DNA of 64,000 nt from positions 9,344,001 through 9,408,000 of the forward strand of contig JASGJH010000001.1 of assembly GCA_047601445.1 (NCBI GenBank), read 5' to 3'. The position numbers were made by a program, and so were the translations under genes. Positions 20,619-29,861 of this stretch are shown here, piece by piece (position 1 is the stretch's first letter; every line of letters begins with the position of its first letter). The notes beneath the pieces are model-generated. The model saw nothing but the letters and a program-made list of their open reading frames with translations. It did not search any database and was not told the DNA's origin. This DNA is from Myxococcales bacterium. Its GTDB lineage: Bacteria > Myxococcota_A > Polyangia > Polyangiales > DASUME01.

Positions 20619-21836
20619 ATGACGCAAAACAACGAGGGCTCGCATCCGGGGGTAGGGCTAGCGGCCTTGGTTCGCCTCGTTTGTGGACAAGTGTTTCTGC
20701 ATGCGAGCATGGCGGGCCTGCGCATGGCGGTTCCGCTGCAAACGCTGCGCGCTGACGGCCGCGAACTCGCGCTCGGCCCCTTACTCGCAGCCTTCGCTGC
20801 GGCTGGCCTGCTGGTGTCCATCCCGGGCGGGCGACTCGTCGATCGTCGCGGCTATCACCTGCCTCTGTACTTGGCGGTCGCATCGACCTCGCTCGGTGCG
20901 AGCGTGGTGTTGCTATCGACCTACGCGGTGACCCAACGCTTGGCCCTGCTATTGGTCGGTGCGCTGCTCTCGGGAGGAGGCAGCAGCCTGGGCCTCATCG
21001 CCATCCAACGACATGCCGGGCGGGATGCCCGCAACGGCACCGAGCTCAAGCGTGTGTTCAGCTGGCTGGGGGTGGCGCCTCCGTTGAGCAATTTCGTGGG
21101 CGCCACCCTGACCGGTATCCTGATCGATTATGCGGGCTTTCGGGCCGCCTTCGTGGTCCTCGCGCTGTTCCCGCTCGGGAGCCTGCTCAGCTCCCGCTTC
21201 GTCCCACGCGAGATCCCACGGGCAAGCCCGGCGACCAAGCCGAAGCCCGCCTGGGATCTACTCGAAGGAGCTCCGATGCGGCGTCTGTTGCTCGTGAGCT
21301 GGTTCATGTCGGCAAGCTGGGACCTCCATACCTTCATGGTGCCAGTGCTCGGCAATGAACGTGGGCTGAGCGCATCCGCCATCGGCGCCATCCTCGGCAC
21401 GTTCGCGTGTGCGGTGACCATGACGAGATTCGTGCTCCCGTTCTTCGCGCATCGTCTCACCGAGGTCGCCATGCTGAGGGTTGCCTTGACGGTGGTCGCG
21501 TGCACGTTCGCAATTTATCCGCTCGCTGGGACCTCCTGGGGGATGGTCGGCTGCGCGGTCTGCCTGGCTTTCGCGCTCGGCACTTCGCAGCCGATGGTGT
21601 TGAGCTCTCTCCACCACATCACGCCCCGCGAGCGCCAGGGTGAGGCGCTCGGGCTGCGCGCCATGACGAGCAACACGTCGAGCACACTCTTGCCGCTGGT
21701 CTTCGGGGCTGCAGGTACCGTACTGGGGGCCACGCTGCTCTTCTGGTCCATGAGCGCCTTGGCTTGTGTCGTCAGCGTGATCGCTCGCTCGCTGCGCGAG
21801 ACCCCGGCCGGATCGTTCGCTGAGCCGCCCGGCTGA
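20619..21836 (+). CDS. MFS transporter
   Basis: About 12 TM helices; motif A GRLVDRRG. Confidence 0.9.
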   Translation: MTQNNEGSHPGVGLAALVRLVCGQVFLHASMAGLRMAVPLQTLRADGRELALGPLLAAFAAAGLLVSIPGGRLVDRRGYHLPLYLAVASTSLGASVVLLSTYAVTQRLALLLVGALLSGGGSSLGLIAIQRHAGRDARNGTELKRVFSWLGVAPPLSNFVGATLTGILIDYAGFRAAFVVLALFPLGSLLSSRFVPREIPRASPATKPKPAWDLLEGAPMRRLLLVSWFMSASWDLHTFMVPVLGNERGLSASAIGAILGTFACAVTMTRFVLPFFAHRLTEVAMLRVALTVVACTFAIYPLAGTSWGMVGCAVCLAFALGTSQPMVLSSLHHITPRERQGEALGLRAMTSNTSSTLLPLVFGAAGTVLGATLLFWSMSALACVVSVIARSLRETPAGSFAEPPG

Positions 21837-21871
21837 GGGCGTCTCGTCGACCTCCTCAAAACGCGCTTCTG

Positions 21872-22543
21872 CTACTGGAGTCTGTGCGTCGATCCGACGT
21901 AGCTCCGATAGCGCTCGATGTAGAAGGTGACCGGGTTCTCGTGGGTCTTCACCGCAGGCAGAATGGCCGCGGCCTCCCTCCAGCGTGAAAGCAGCCCGAG
22001 CTCGGACGGGATGCTCGCGCCACGATGGTACTCGAGGGCAGGCCAGCGCTCGAACCAGGGGTAGAGGGTGAAGTCCACAAGACTCGGCGTCGCCCCCAGG
22101 AAGAAGGGGCCGGGCGTGGCATGCCGAGCGAGTTGCTCCTCCAAAAACACCAGCGCCTCGCGCAGCTCGCGTGAAGCGCGCGCAAGCTCGGAGTCGTCCT
22201 GAGCGCGCAGTACGGCGCCGAAAGCGGGGGTAAAGCGCGTGTTGGCGTAGTCGATCAAGATGCGGGCCCGCGCGCGCTCGCCGGGTTCACGGGGCAGCAG
22301 GGCCGTTTCGGGGAAGACCTCGTCCAGGTACTCGTTGATGATCGCCGACTCCCAGATGCGGCGGCCGCCGTGCTCGATGGCGGGCACTTTGCCGTAGCCA
22401 GAAACCGCGCGGTCGAACCAGGCAGGCTTGTTTCGCAGGTCGATCTCCTTGAGCTCGAATTCCACCTGCTTGGCGCTCAAGACCAACCGTGTGCGATGAG
22501 CATAGGGGCATGCGCGCGCACTGAATAGCGTCACCTGGGCCAT
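21872..22543 (-). CDS. Glutathione S-transferase, omega-like
   Basis: CPYAHR, GKVP and WESAII; GAGGAG RBS. Confidence 0.92.
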   Translation of the reverse strand: MAQVTLFSARACPYAHRTRLVLSAKQVEFELKEIDLRNKPAWFDRAVSGYGKVPAIEHGGRRIWESAIINEYLDEVFPETALLPREPGERARARILIDYANTRFTPAFGAVLRAQDDSELARASRELREALVFLEEQLARHATPGPFFLGATPSLVDFTLYPWFERWPALEYHRGASIPSELGLLSRWREAAAILPAVKTHENPVTFYIERYRSYVGSTHRLQ

Positions 22544-22584
22544 GAACACTCCTCTCGCCTCAAACCCTTTGCGAGCTCCGATGC

Positions 22585-23052
22585 CTACACCACGCTTTGG
22601 CTCGCGACTTCGCGAGTCGCAGATTCCGGACGTTCCTTGAGGCGGTCCCTCCGGCGCTTGAGCCAGGCATCCACGGAGAGCGCGCCCGGGCCAGTCGTCA
22701 GCAATGTGCCGAACACGAGGGCGAACAGCAGCGCCAGCTCCTTCTTGTTCCAGGGATCACCAGCATGCTGCACGAGTCCGGCCACTAGCATGGTGAACAA
22801 GACCGCGGCTGCAGCGGGCCGCGTGAAGAAGCCCACCAGCACCAGCAGGGCGCCCACGAACTCAGCACCCGTCGCCAGGCCAAAGCTCGCCACCGGGCCG
22901 ATGTGTAGGGGATCGGCGAAGTGCGCGGCTTTTTCCGAGAACGCCAGCAGCTTGGGTAGCCCGTGGGAGAAGGCCATGAAGGCGCCGCCCCCGAGCCGCA
23001 GCAGCAGCAAGCCCTGGTCGACACGCGTCTGGGTTGAGTTCTGCTCGGACAT
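22585..23052 (-). CDS. DoxX family membrane protein
   Basis: LLLRL...HGLPK, AEFVG and GPGALSVD. Confidence 0.9.
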   Translation of the reverse strand: MSEQNSTQTRVDQGLLLLRLGGGAFMAFSHGLPKLLAFSEKAAHFADPLHIGPVASFGLATGAEFVGALLVLVGFFTRPAAAAVLFTMLVAGLVQHAGDPWNKKELALLFALVFGTLLTTGPGALSVDAWLKRRRDRLKERPESATREVASQSVV

Positions 23053-23115
23053 CATGACCTCCGTCGTGTCCTGTATAATAGACACGAGCCGGGAAGTCGA
23101 GCCTGCTGCTGCCCT

Positions 23116-23757
23116 CTAGCGTCGCCGCGCGCGGATGCTGGTGGGCTCGTCGGCTTCGTTGGCTTGGCTCGCCTGACTTGCAAACGTGACCAGCAGCGCC
23201 GTCACGACGTGGGTCGCGGTCGAGACGGCGTCCGCGCGATCGACCGTGCCCTCGATCCAGCCCGCCAGCGTGGCGCGGCCGGCCGCCACGATGATCCACA
23301 GCACGTACGAAGCTCGGCTGGCCGGGACGCCCAGGAAGACACCGAGCTGCTCCTGCCACGGACCGAGCAAGCCCATGAAGATGGTGCGGCCCAGCTCGCA
23401 CAGCTCGGGCTCCACGCCACGCGCGTCGAGCAAGAGCCAGGGACCTGCTCCCTTCTGCTCGATGGCATCGCAGCAAGCCTCCACGAAAGCCGTGGCGATC
23501 GTCTGCACGCTGGCGGTCGGCTGGCGCTGCAACACTTCGTGAAAGCGCGCTCCCAGGAATTCGGCGAAGTCTTCGAGGACCGCCTGCAGCAGCGCCTGGC
23601 GCGTGGGGAACAGGCGGTAAACCAGCGGCCTCGAAACGTTGGTGCGTGAAGCCAATTCGGTGATCTGCACCTGCTCGAGGCCATGCTCGGTGAGGAGGCG
23701 AGCTGCTTCGGCGAGGAGCTGGCGTCGTCGAACGTCTGGCGGCACCCGGGAGCCCAT
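23116..23757 (-). CDS. TetR/AcrR family transcriptional regulator
   Basis: N-terminal HTH (ITELASRTNVSRPLVYRLF). Confidence 0.9.
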   Translation of the reverse strand: MGSRVPPDVRRRQLLAEAARLLTEHGLEQVQITELASRTNVSRPLVYRLFPTRQALLQAVLEDFAEFLGARFHEVLQRQPTASVQTIATAFVEACCDAIEQKGAGPWLLLDARGVEPELCELGRTIFMGLLGPWQEQLGVFLGVPASRASYVLWIIVAAGRATLAGWIEGTVDRADAVSTATHVVTALLVTFASQASQANEADEPTSIRARRR

Positions 23758-23833
23758 CGGCAGGAACTTATAGGAGGGGACCCGAGGCGTCGAGCGATTG
23801 GGATTGACTGCTTGCCATGCCTCTCTTGCGAGT

Positions 23834-23848
23834 GTTACACGGTGTAAC
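23834..23848. promoter_or_regulatory. Perfect palindrome, putative TetR operator
   Basis: GTTACAC-G-GTGTAAC between the divergent TetR and desaturase genes. Confidence 0.65.
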
Positions 23849-23897
23849 GAAACGCTCGGGTTGCACACGCCCGGCTTGCGGTCCCACGGAGCGCCTT

Positions 23898-24788
23898 ATG
23901 TCCACGAACGACTCTCCTTCCTTGCTCGGGCGCGTCAGCGACGCGCAGGCCGTGCGGGCCATTACCGAAGCGACCCACCGTACCCGCGAAACGCGCCGAC
24001 GCGTGGATTGGGCGAGCCTGGTCGACCGCGCGGTGCTGGTCGGGATGGCGGCGCTCGGCCTGGCCTGCCCGCAGGGGGCGGGGCTCTGGTATCGGGCGTT
24101 TGCGGTCGCATTGCTCGGGCTCTGGGCCACGGTGCTGGGCGCGGCGGCCCTGGTCACCCTCATCTCGGAACGCCAAGGCGAGCGTCTTCAGGGACCGCGG
24201 CGCAAGCCCGCGCTGATCGCCCGCGAAGTGCGCACCACCATGCTGTCCGCGTGGATCGCCGCCAGCCTCCTGGCCTGGCCGCTGGCGCGCCTGTGGTCCG
24301 GCAAGCCCACCGGTCTGGTGTGGGATCTGGAGCAAGCGGGCGGGGGAGTTCTCATCTTCTCGCAGACCTTTGCGGCCCTGTTCGTGCTCGATGCCTGGCT
24401 GTACTGGAAGCATCGGCTGCTCCACACGCGCGCGCTCTTCGGGTTTCATCGCGATCATCACGCTTTCCGCGACCCCACTGCGTTCGCCGGCTTCGCGGTG
24501 GGGCCCGTGGAAGCGCTTCTCACGTTCTGGCCCATCGTGTTCTTGGCTCTCCCCGAGGCCATTCACTACGGCCCGCTCTATCTGTCGCTGGTGATCGGCT
24601 TCGTGGTGCTCAACCTCTACCTGCACTGCGGCGTCTCCGTGCGTTTTATCGAGGCGAGCCTGCCGCGCCTCTTCCTCAACACCTCCGTCTTCCACAATCG
24701 CCATCACGCCAACGCCGAGGTGAACTTCGGGGAGGCCTTCACGATCTGGGATCATCTCTGTCGCACGCGTGAGCAGGACCAGGGGTAG
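23898..24788 (+). CDS. Sterol desaturase / fatty acid hydroxylase family protein
   Basis: His boxes HRLLH, HRDHH and HNRHH; NFG...WD. Confidence 0.88.
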   Translation: MSTNDSPSLLGRVSDAQAVRAITEATHRTRETRRRVDWASLVDRAVLVGMAALGLACPQGAGLWYRAFAVALLGLWATVLGAAALVTLISERQGERLQGPRRKPALIAREVRTTMLSAWIAASLLAWPLARLWSGKPTGLVWDLEQAGGGVLIFSQTFAALFVLDAWLYWKHRLLHTRALFGFHRDHHAFRDPTAFAGFAVGPVEALLTFWPIVFLALPEAIHYGPLYLSLVIGFVVLNLYLHCGVSVRFIEASLPRLFLNTSVFHNRHHANAEVNFGEAFTIWDHLCRTREQDQG

Positions 24789-24860
24789 GGGCCGAACTCC
24801 AAACGCGCCAGCGCCTCGGGACTTGCGCCGCGTCCCGCACGGAGCGAGGCTCGGAGGGCG

Positions 24861-26828
24861 ATGGCCGAGTTCACGCCCCAGACGTCAACGCCGCAAACGT
24901 CCAGCTTGGCGGAGTGGGGGATCTATCCGCGCCCACAGCGCGTGCACGGGCGTTCCGGCGGCCTGCAGCTCCCGGCGCGGCTCTCGCTGGTGGGCGTTTC
25001 TAGCGAACACGGGCCGGCGGTCCGTGAGCTCGAGCGGGCACTGAGCCTGCGCGGACATCGACTCGAAGCAGCCGACTCGGCTAGCTCGTTTCCGGCGTCG
25101 TCCATCCAGGTGATGGCGAGCGATCCGGGGAGCCTGCCTCGGGAGTCGGGGCCCTGCGCGCGTCAGGGGTACGTGTTGGCGCTCGACGAGCGCGCAGGCA
25201 TCACCATCCGACCAGGAGGCGAAGCGGGTCTCCACTACGCTCTCATCACGCTGACGCAGTTGATCCGAAACGCCCTGGGTGCGCATGGACAGCTCGAGCT
25301 CCCCTGCTGCGTGCTCGAGGACTGGCCCGACTTTCCCCAGCGCGGGCTGCTGCTGGACGTGAGTCGCGACAAGGTCCCCACGCTCGCCACCTTGAAGGCG
25401 CTGGTCGATCGCATCGCGAACCTCAAGCTCAACCAGCTCCAGCTCTACATGGAGCACACCTTTGCGTATCCGGGACACGAGCAGGTCTGGCGTGACGCAA
25501 GTCCCCTCACGCCCGAAGACATCCGTGAGCTCGACGAGCACTGCGCTGCCCGTCACGTGGAGCTCGTCCCCAACCAAAACAGCTTCGGACACATGCAGCG
25601 CTGGCTCGCGCACGCTCCCTATCGCGCGCTCGCCGAGTGCCCGGAGGGCTTCGAGCACCCCTGGAACTGGAGCGGCGAGCCCTACGGGTTGTGCGCCACC
25701 GACCCCGCCAGCCTGCGCTTCCTCGAAGGCCTCTACGACGCGCTGCTGCCCAACTTCCGTAGCGGGCAGTTCAACGTGGGACTCGATGAGACCCTGGACC
25801 TCGGCGCCGGCCGCTCGCACGAGGCCTGCGAAGCGCGCGGCACCGAGCGGGTGTACCTGGAGTTTCTGCGACAGGTGCATGCGCGCGTGCAGGCCCGCGG
25901 CAAGTCCATGCAGTTTTGGGGCGATATCATCATCAAGCGGCCGGACCTGCTGGCCGAGCTGCCCAGGGACGCCGTCGCGCTCGAATGGGGCTACGAGGCC
26001 GACCATCCCTTTGCGGAGCACCTCGCGCTGTTTCGAGCGGCGCAGCTGCCGTTCTACGTGTGCCCCGGCACCAGTAGCTGGAACTCCATCGCGGGACGTA
26101 GCGAGAACGCGCTTCTCAACCTGGCCAAAGCCGCGCGAGAGGGAAAGCATGCGGGCGCGGGCGGGTACTTGATCACCGACTGGGGCGACCATGGACACCT
26201 GCAACCGCTGTCGGTTAGCTATCTGGGCATCCTGGCTGGTGCAGGCTTCAGTTGGAGCGTACGTGAGGCGCAGGATCCGTTCGCGCACGCTTGGCCCGAG
26301 CTGCTCGATCGCTTCGCCTTCTGCGAGGTGGGAGCAGGCCTGGGGCGGCTGGCCTACGAGCTCGGGAATACGTACCTCCAAGCGGGCAGCCTGCGGCCCA
26401 ACGCCTCGGTGCTGTTTTGGATCCTGATCAAGCCGGAGCGCACTTTCAGTCCGCCCGGGGTCAGCGAAGAAACGCTGGCGCGCACGCTCGAGCACCTCGA
26501 GCGCCTTGGCACTAGGCCCGTTGGCGCTGTCCCCTCGGCAACGCCCAGCGCAGCGGAGGAGCAGGCCGAGCAGGCGCTCGCACGCGAGGAGCTCGAGTGG
26601 GCAGGCGACCTGCTGCGCTTTGCCTGTCACCTCGGGCGTGCGCGCTACGCGCTCTCCAATCGCGAACACATCGCGCTCGCCCCCGCGCATGTGCGGGCTG
26701 CCTTGGCGCAGGAGCTACGGCCGCTCCTGGAGCGTCACCGGCGCCTCTGGCTGGCCCGCAATCGGCCCGGCGGACTGGTCGACTCGGCGCGCCGGCTCGA
26801 GCGCGTCCTGGACGAGCTGAGTAGTTGA
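24861..26828 (+). CDS. Glycoside hydrolase family 20 (beta-N-acetylhexosaminidase)
   Basis: DWPDFPQRGLLLDVSR, SFGH and catalytic NVGLDE; no signal peptide. Confidence 0.88.
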   Translation: MAEFTPQTSTPQTSSLAEWGIYPRPQRVHGRSGGLQLPARLSLVGVSSEHGPAVRELERALSLRGHRLEAADSASSFPASSIQVMASDPGSLPRESGPCARQGYVLALDERAGITIRPGGEAGLHYALITLTQLIRNALGAHGQLELPCCVLEDWPDFPQRGLLLDVSRDKVPTLATLKALVDRIANLKLNQLQLYMEHTFAYPGHEQVWRDASPLTPEDIRELDEHCAARHVELVPNQNSFGHMQRWLAHAPYRALAECPEGFEHPWNWSGEPYGLCATDPASLRFLEGLYDALLPNFRSGQFNVGLDETLDLGAGRSHEACEARGTERVYLEFLRQVHARVQARGKSMQFWGDIIIKRPDLLAELPRDAVALEWGYEADHPFAEHLALFRAAQLPFYVCPGTSSWNSIAGRSENALLNLAKAAREGKHAGAGGYLITDWGDHGHLQPLSVSYLGILAGAGFSWSVREAQDPFAHAWPELLDRFAFCEVGAGLGRLAYELGNTYLQAGSLRPNASVLFWILIKPERTFSPPGVSEETLARTLEHLERLGTRPVGAVPSATPSAAEEQAEQALAREELEWAGDLLRFACHLGRARYALSNREHIALAPAHVRAALAQELRPLLERHRRLWLARNRPGGLVDSARRLERVLDELSS

Positions 26829-28102
26829 CCCGTGCGGTCCTCGGCCCGTATGTCCAGCCAGTGACAGCCCGCCCAGGACGTTCGCGTTGGTCTTTGCTGC
26901 GTGCGCCCGGCCTGCCTGCGCCCGGCCTGCTCGTCACCACCTTCGTACTCGGGCTCACGGGCGCCTTCATGGTGCCGTTCGGGGCGCTCTGGGCCACCGA
27001 AGAGATCGGCATGAGCACCGAGCAGCTGGGCACGTTCACCACCCTCAACGCCGCCAGCGCCATCGTGGTGAGCACCTGGTTCGGCCGTTGGTCCGACACG
27101 CACCTGAGCCGTCGCAGGCTGTTGCTCGTGGGCTCCTGCGCAGGCGCTCTCGGGGCGCTCGGCTATGCGCTGGTGCACGAGCTCGTGCCATTGCTCTTGA
27201 TCGGGTCCTCGGCTTTTGCCCTGGCTTCCATGAACTTTGCGCAGCTTTTTGCCCACGTGCGTGAGGAGCTCGATCGCGCGGGTTCATCCGAGGCGGCTCG
27301 TCGTGCGCCCGGCGTTACGCGCACGACGGCGATTCCGCTCGCGCTCGGCGTGCTGCGCGCCTGCTACGCCCTGGCGTGGACGGTGGGGCCCAACCTCGGT
27401 GCCGTGATCAAGCGGCACTTCGGCTATCGAGGCTTGTTTCTCAGCACCTCGAGCTTCTTCGTGGTCCTGTTCGTGTGCAGTGCGTGCTTCGTGGCCCAGC
27501 GCCCGCGCGAGGCTGCAGCCGCCAGTGCCGCGCCCCGCCCGCGCACGGCACTGGCGCAGCCGCGCATCCTGGTGCATTGCCTGGCGTTCGCCCTGATGTT
27601 CGCCGCGAGCGCGCTGAACTCGCTCAATTTGCCTCTGCACATCACGCGTCAGCTGGGTGGTACGGAGGACAACGTGGGCCTTACCTTCGCCATCTCCCCG
27701 CTGTTCGAGATGGTGTTCATGGTGGCCTTCGGGCACTTCGCGGCAAAAGGGCACCAGCGCGCCATCATGTTGCTCGGCACGGGGGCGGCCGTGGGCTACT
27801 TCGTGCTGCTGCGCTTCGCCACGCTGCCCTGGCAGGTCTACCCCTTGCAGGTCCTGTTGGCGGCGGGGGTCGCCGTGACGGCCAGCGTCGCGATCCCGTT
27901 CTTCCAGGACCTCTTGCCCCAGCAGCCTGGCCTCATCACGAGCCTCTATTCGAACGCGCTCAAGGTCGGCAGCCTGATCGGGTTCTCGAGCTTCGCGATG
28001 CTCGCAGCTCGCGTCGGAAGCGACGGGCTGTTCCTGGTGTGCGCTGGGCTCGGGGCGGTCAGCCTGACCCTGCTGGCGGTCTTCTCACCTCGGCGGGTCT
28101 GA
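26825..28102 (+). CDS. MFS sugar efflux transporter (SET-like)
   Basis: GRWSD motif A, AQLFAHVRE, SPLFE and FFQDLLP; overlaps the GH20 stop. Confidence 0.82.
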   Translation: MTRAVLGPYVQPVTARPGRSRWSLLRAPGLPAPGLLVTTFVLGLTGAFMVPFGALWATEEIGMSTEQLGTFTTLNAASAIVVSTWFGRWSDTHLSRRRLLLVGSCAGALGALGYALVHELVPLLLIGSSAFALASMNFAQLFAHVREELDRAGSSEAARRAPGVTRTTAIPLALGVLRACYALAWTVGPNLGAVIKRHFGYRGLFLSTSSFFVVLFVCSACFVAQRPREAAAASAAPRPRTALAQPRILVHCLAFALMFAASALNSLNLPLHITRQLGGTEDNVGLTFAISPLFEMVFMVAFGHFAAKGHQRAIMLLGTGAAVGYFVLLRFATLPWQVYPLQVLLAAGVAVTASVAIPFFQDLLPQQPGLITSLYSNALKVGSLIGFSSFAMLAARVGSDGLFLVCAGLGAVSLTLLAVFSPRRV

Positions 28103-28122
28103 GCCTTTGGCCGAGGAATTTG

Positions 28123-28170
28123 GTCCTCGTCGTTCGTGCTCGTCGTCGTAGCCGTGCGCGTGCGCGTCCT
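28123..28170. repeat. Solo CGTnnn hexamer array related to the arms flanking the four-helix-bundle gene
   Basis: 28147-28166 CGTAGCCGTGCGCGTGCGCG matches 34816-34835 at 19/20; intergenic. Confidence 0.55.
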
Positions 28171-28267
28171 GGTGGGCGACTGCCGGCAGGCATTCCTAGC
28201 CGGACCCGCGAGCTGTCTGTGGGGATTCTTGGCCTGCGCCGCCCGGCTTGCCCTAAGCTCGAAGTCC

Positions 28268-29842
28268 ATGCGCGCACCGCATTCGAGCAAGCGACGCTCT
28301 TTTCTCACCTCGCTGGCCGCCGGTCTCGGACTCGCGCCGTGGTCCCAGGTCGCCGGCGCGCTCGACTCGAGCGCGGGGACGGCCACGCCCCGACGCAAGC
28401 TCACGCTGCCACGGCGCAAGGGCCACACGCCGCGCAACGTCATCCTCGTGATCACGGACGACCAACGCTACGACGCCCTCGGTTTCATGAAGGCTCAGAG
28501 CTTTCTGGAGACGCCCCATCTCGACGCCCTCGCCGCGCGCGGCGTGCACTTCGAGAACGCCTTCGTCAGCACCGCGCTGTGCTCGCCGTCGCGCGCCACC
28601 ATCTTGACCGGGTTGTACGCCCATCAGCACCGCGTGGTGGACAACAACCATCCGGTCGCGCCCGAACTGGTGTTCTTTCCCGAGTACCTCAAGCGCGCGG
28701 GATACGAGACCGCCCTCGTGGGCAAGTGGCACATGGGAGGCGAGAGCGACGCGCCGCAACGGGGGTTCGACCACTGGGTCAGCTTCCGCGGGCAGGGGTC
28801 CTACGTGCCCACGTCCGATGGACTGAACATCGATGGACAACGGGTCCCTCAGCGCGGCTACATCACCGACGAGCTCACCGAGTACGCCCTGGACTGGCTC
28901 GGCAAGCGCCAGGGCAAGCGTCCCTTCTTCCTCATGCTCGCGCACAAGGCCGTGCACTCCAAGCTGGTGCCCGCGCCGCGTCACCAGGGGCGCTACGCGA
29001 ATGCGAGCTTTCGCCCGCCCCGCAGCATGTCGCCGAGTCCGTCCCAACAGGCGCTGCAGCCGCTGTGGGTCAAGAACCAGCGCAACAGTGTGCACGGAGT
29101 CGAGTTTCCGTATCAGGATCCTCAGGGCAAACTCGCGGCCTATTTCCAGCGCTATGCGGAGACGCTGCTCTCGGTGGACGAGAGCGTCGGCGCCCTGGTG
29201 GACCACCTGCGCGCACGTCAGCTGCTGGACTCCACCGTGATCCTCTTCATGAGTGACAATGGCTTTGCCTTCGGCGAACACGGCCTCATCGACAAGCGCA
29301 CCGCCTACGAAGAGTCCATGCGCATCCCGCTCATCATGTCGTGCCCGGAGCTCTTCGAACCCGGCCGAGCGGTCTCGGCCCTGGCAGCCAACCTCGACAT
29401 CGCTCCCACCATCCTGGAGTTGGCCGGTCTCGAGCCACCCGCTCACCTCCGCGGCCGCAGCCTGGTGGGCCCGGCGCGCGGTGAGTCGGTGCCCTGGCGA
29501 GACGCGCTGCTCTACGAGTACTACTGGGAGCGGAACTACCCACAGACCCCGAGCTTGCACGCGCTGCGAAGCGACACCCACAAGTACATTCGCCCCCACG
29601 GCGTGTGGGACCTCGACGAGCTCTACGACTTGCGCAGCGACGCCGGGGAAGAGGACAACCTCATCTTCAGCCCGGGCCACGAGGCCCTGGCCGCCCAGCT
29701 CAACGCACGCTTGTTCGACCTCTTGTCCGAGACCCAGGGCCTCGACATCCCGATGAAGCCAGACACCGGCGAGCGCTACCTGCTGCGCCGCGCCGACGGC
29801 TCGGGTACCGCGGGGTTTCCGCCCCAGTTCCTCAAGCGGTGA
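28268..29842 (+). CDS. Sulfatase, formylglycine-dependent, GlcNAc-6-sulfatase-like; Tat-exported
   Basis: Tat motif KRRSFL; ITDDQR, LCSPSRATILTG, GKWH and SDNG. Confidence 0.92.
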   Translation: MRAPHSSKRRSFLTSLAAGLGLAPWSQVAGALDSSAGTATPRRKLTLPRRKGHTPRNVILVITDDQRYDALGFMKAQSFLETPHLDALAARGVHFENAFVSTALCSPSRATILTGLYAHQHRVVDNNHPVAPELVFFPEYLKRAGYETALVGKWHMGGESDAPQRGFDHWVSFRGQGSYVPTSDGLNIDGQRVPQRGYITDELTEYALDWLGKRQGKRPFFLMLAHKAVHSKLVPAPRHQGRYANASFRPPRSMSPSPSQQALQPLWVKNQRNSVHGVEFPYQDPQGKLAAYFQRYAETLLSVDESVGALVDHLRARQLLDSTVILFMSDNGFAFGEHGLIDKRTAYEESMRIPLIMSCPELFEPGRAVSALAANLDIAPTILELAGLEPPAHLRGRSLVGPARGESVPWRDALLYEYYWERNYPQTPSLHALRSDTHKYIRPHGVWDLDELYDLRSDAGEEDNLIFSPGHEALAAQLNARLFDLLSETQGLDIPMKPDTGERYLLRRADGSGTAGFPPQFLKR

Positions 29843-29861
29843 GGACTGCGTACGACCTGGT

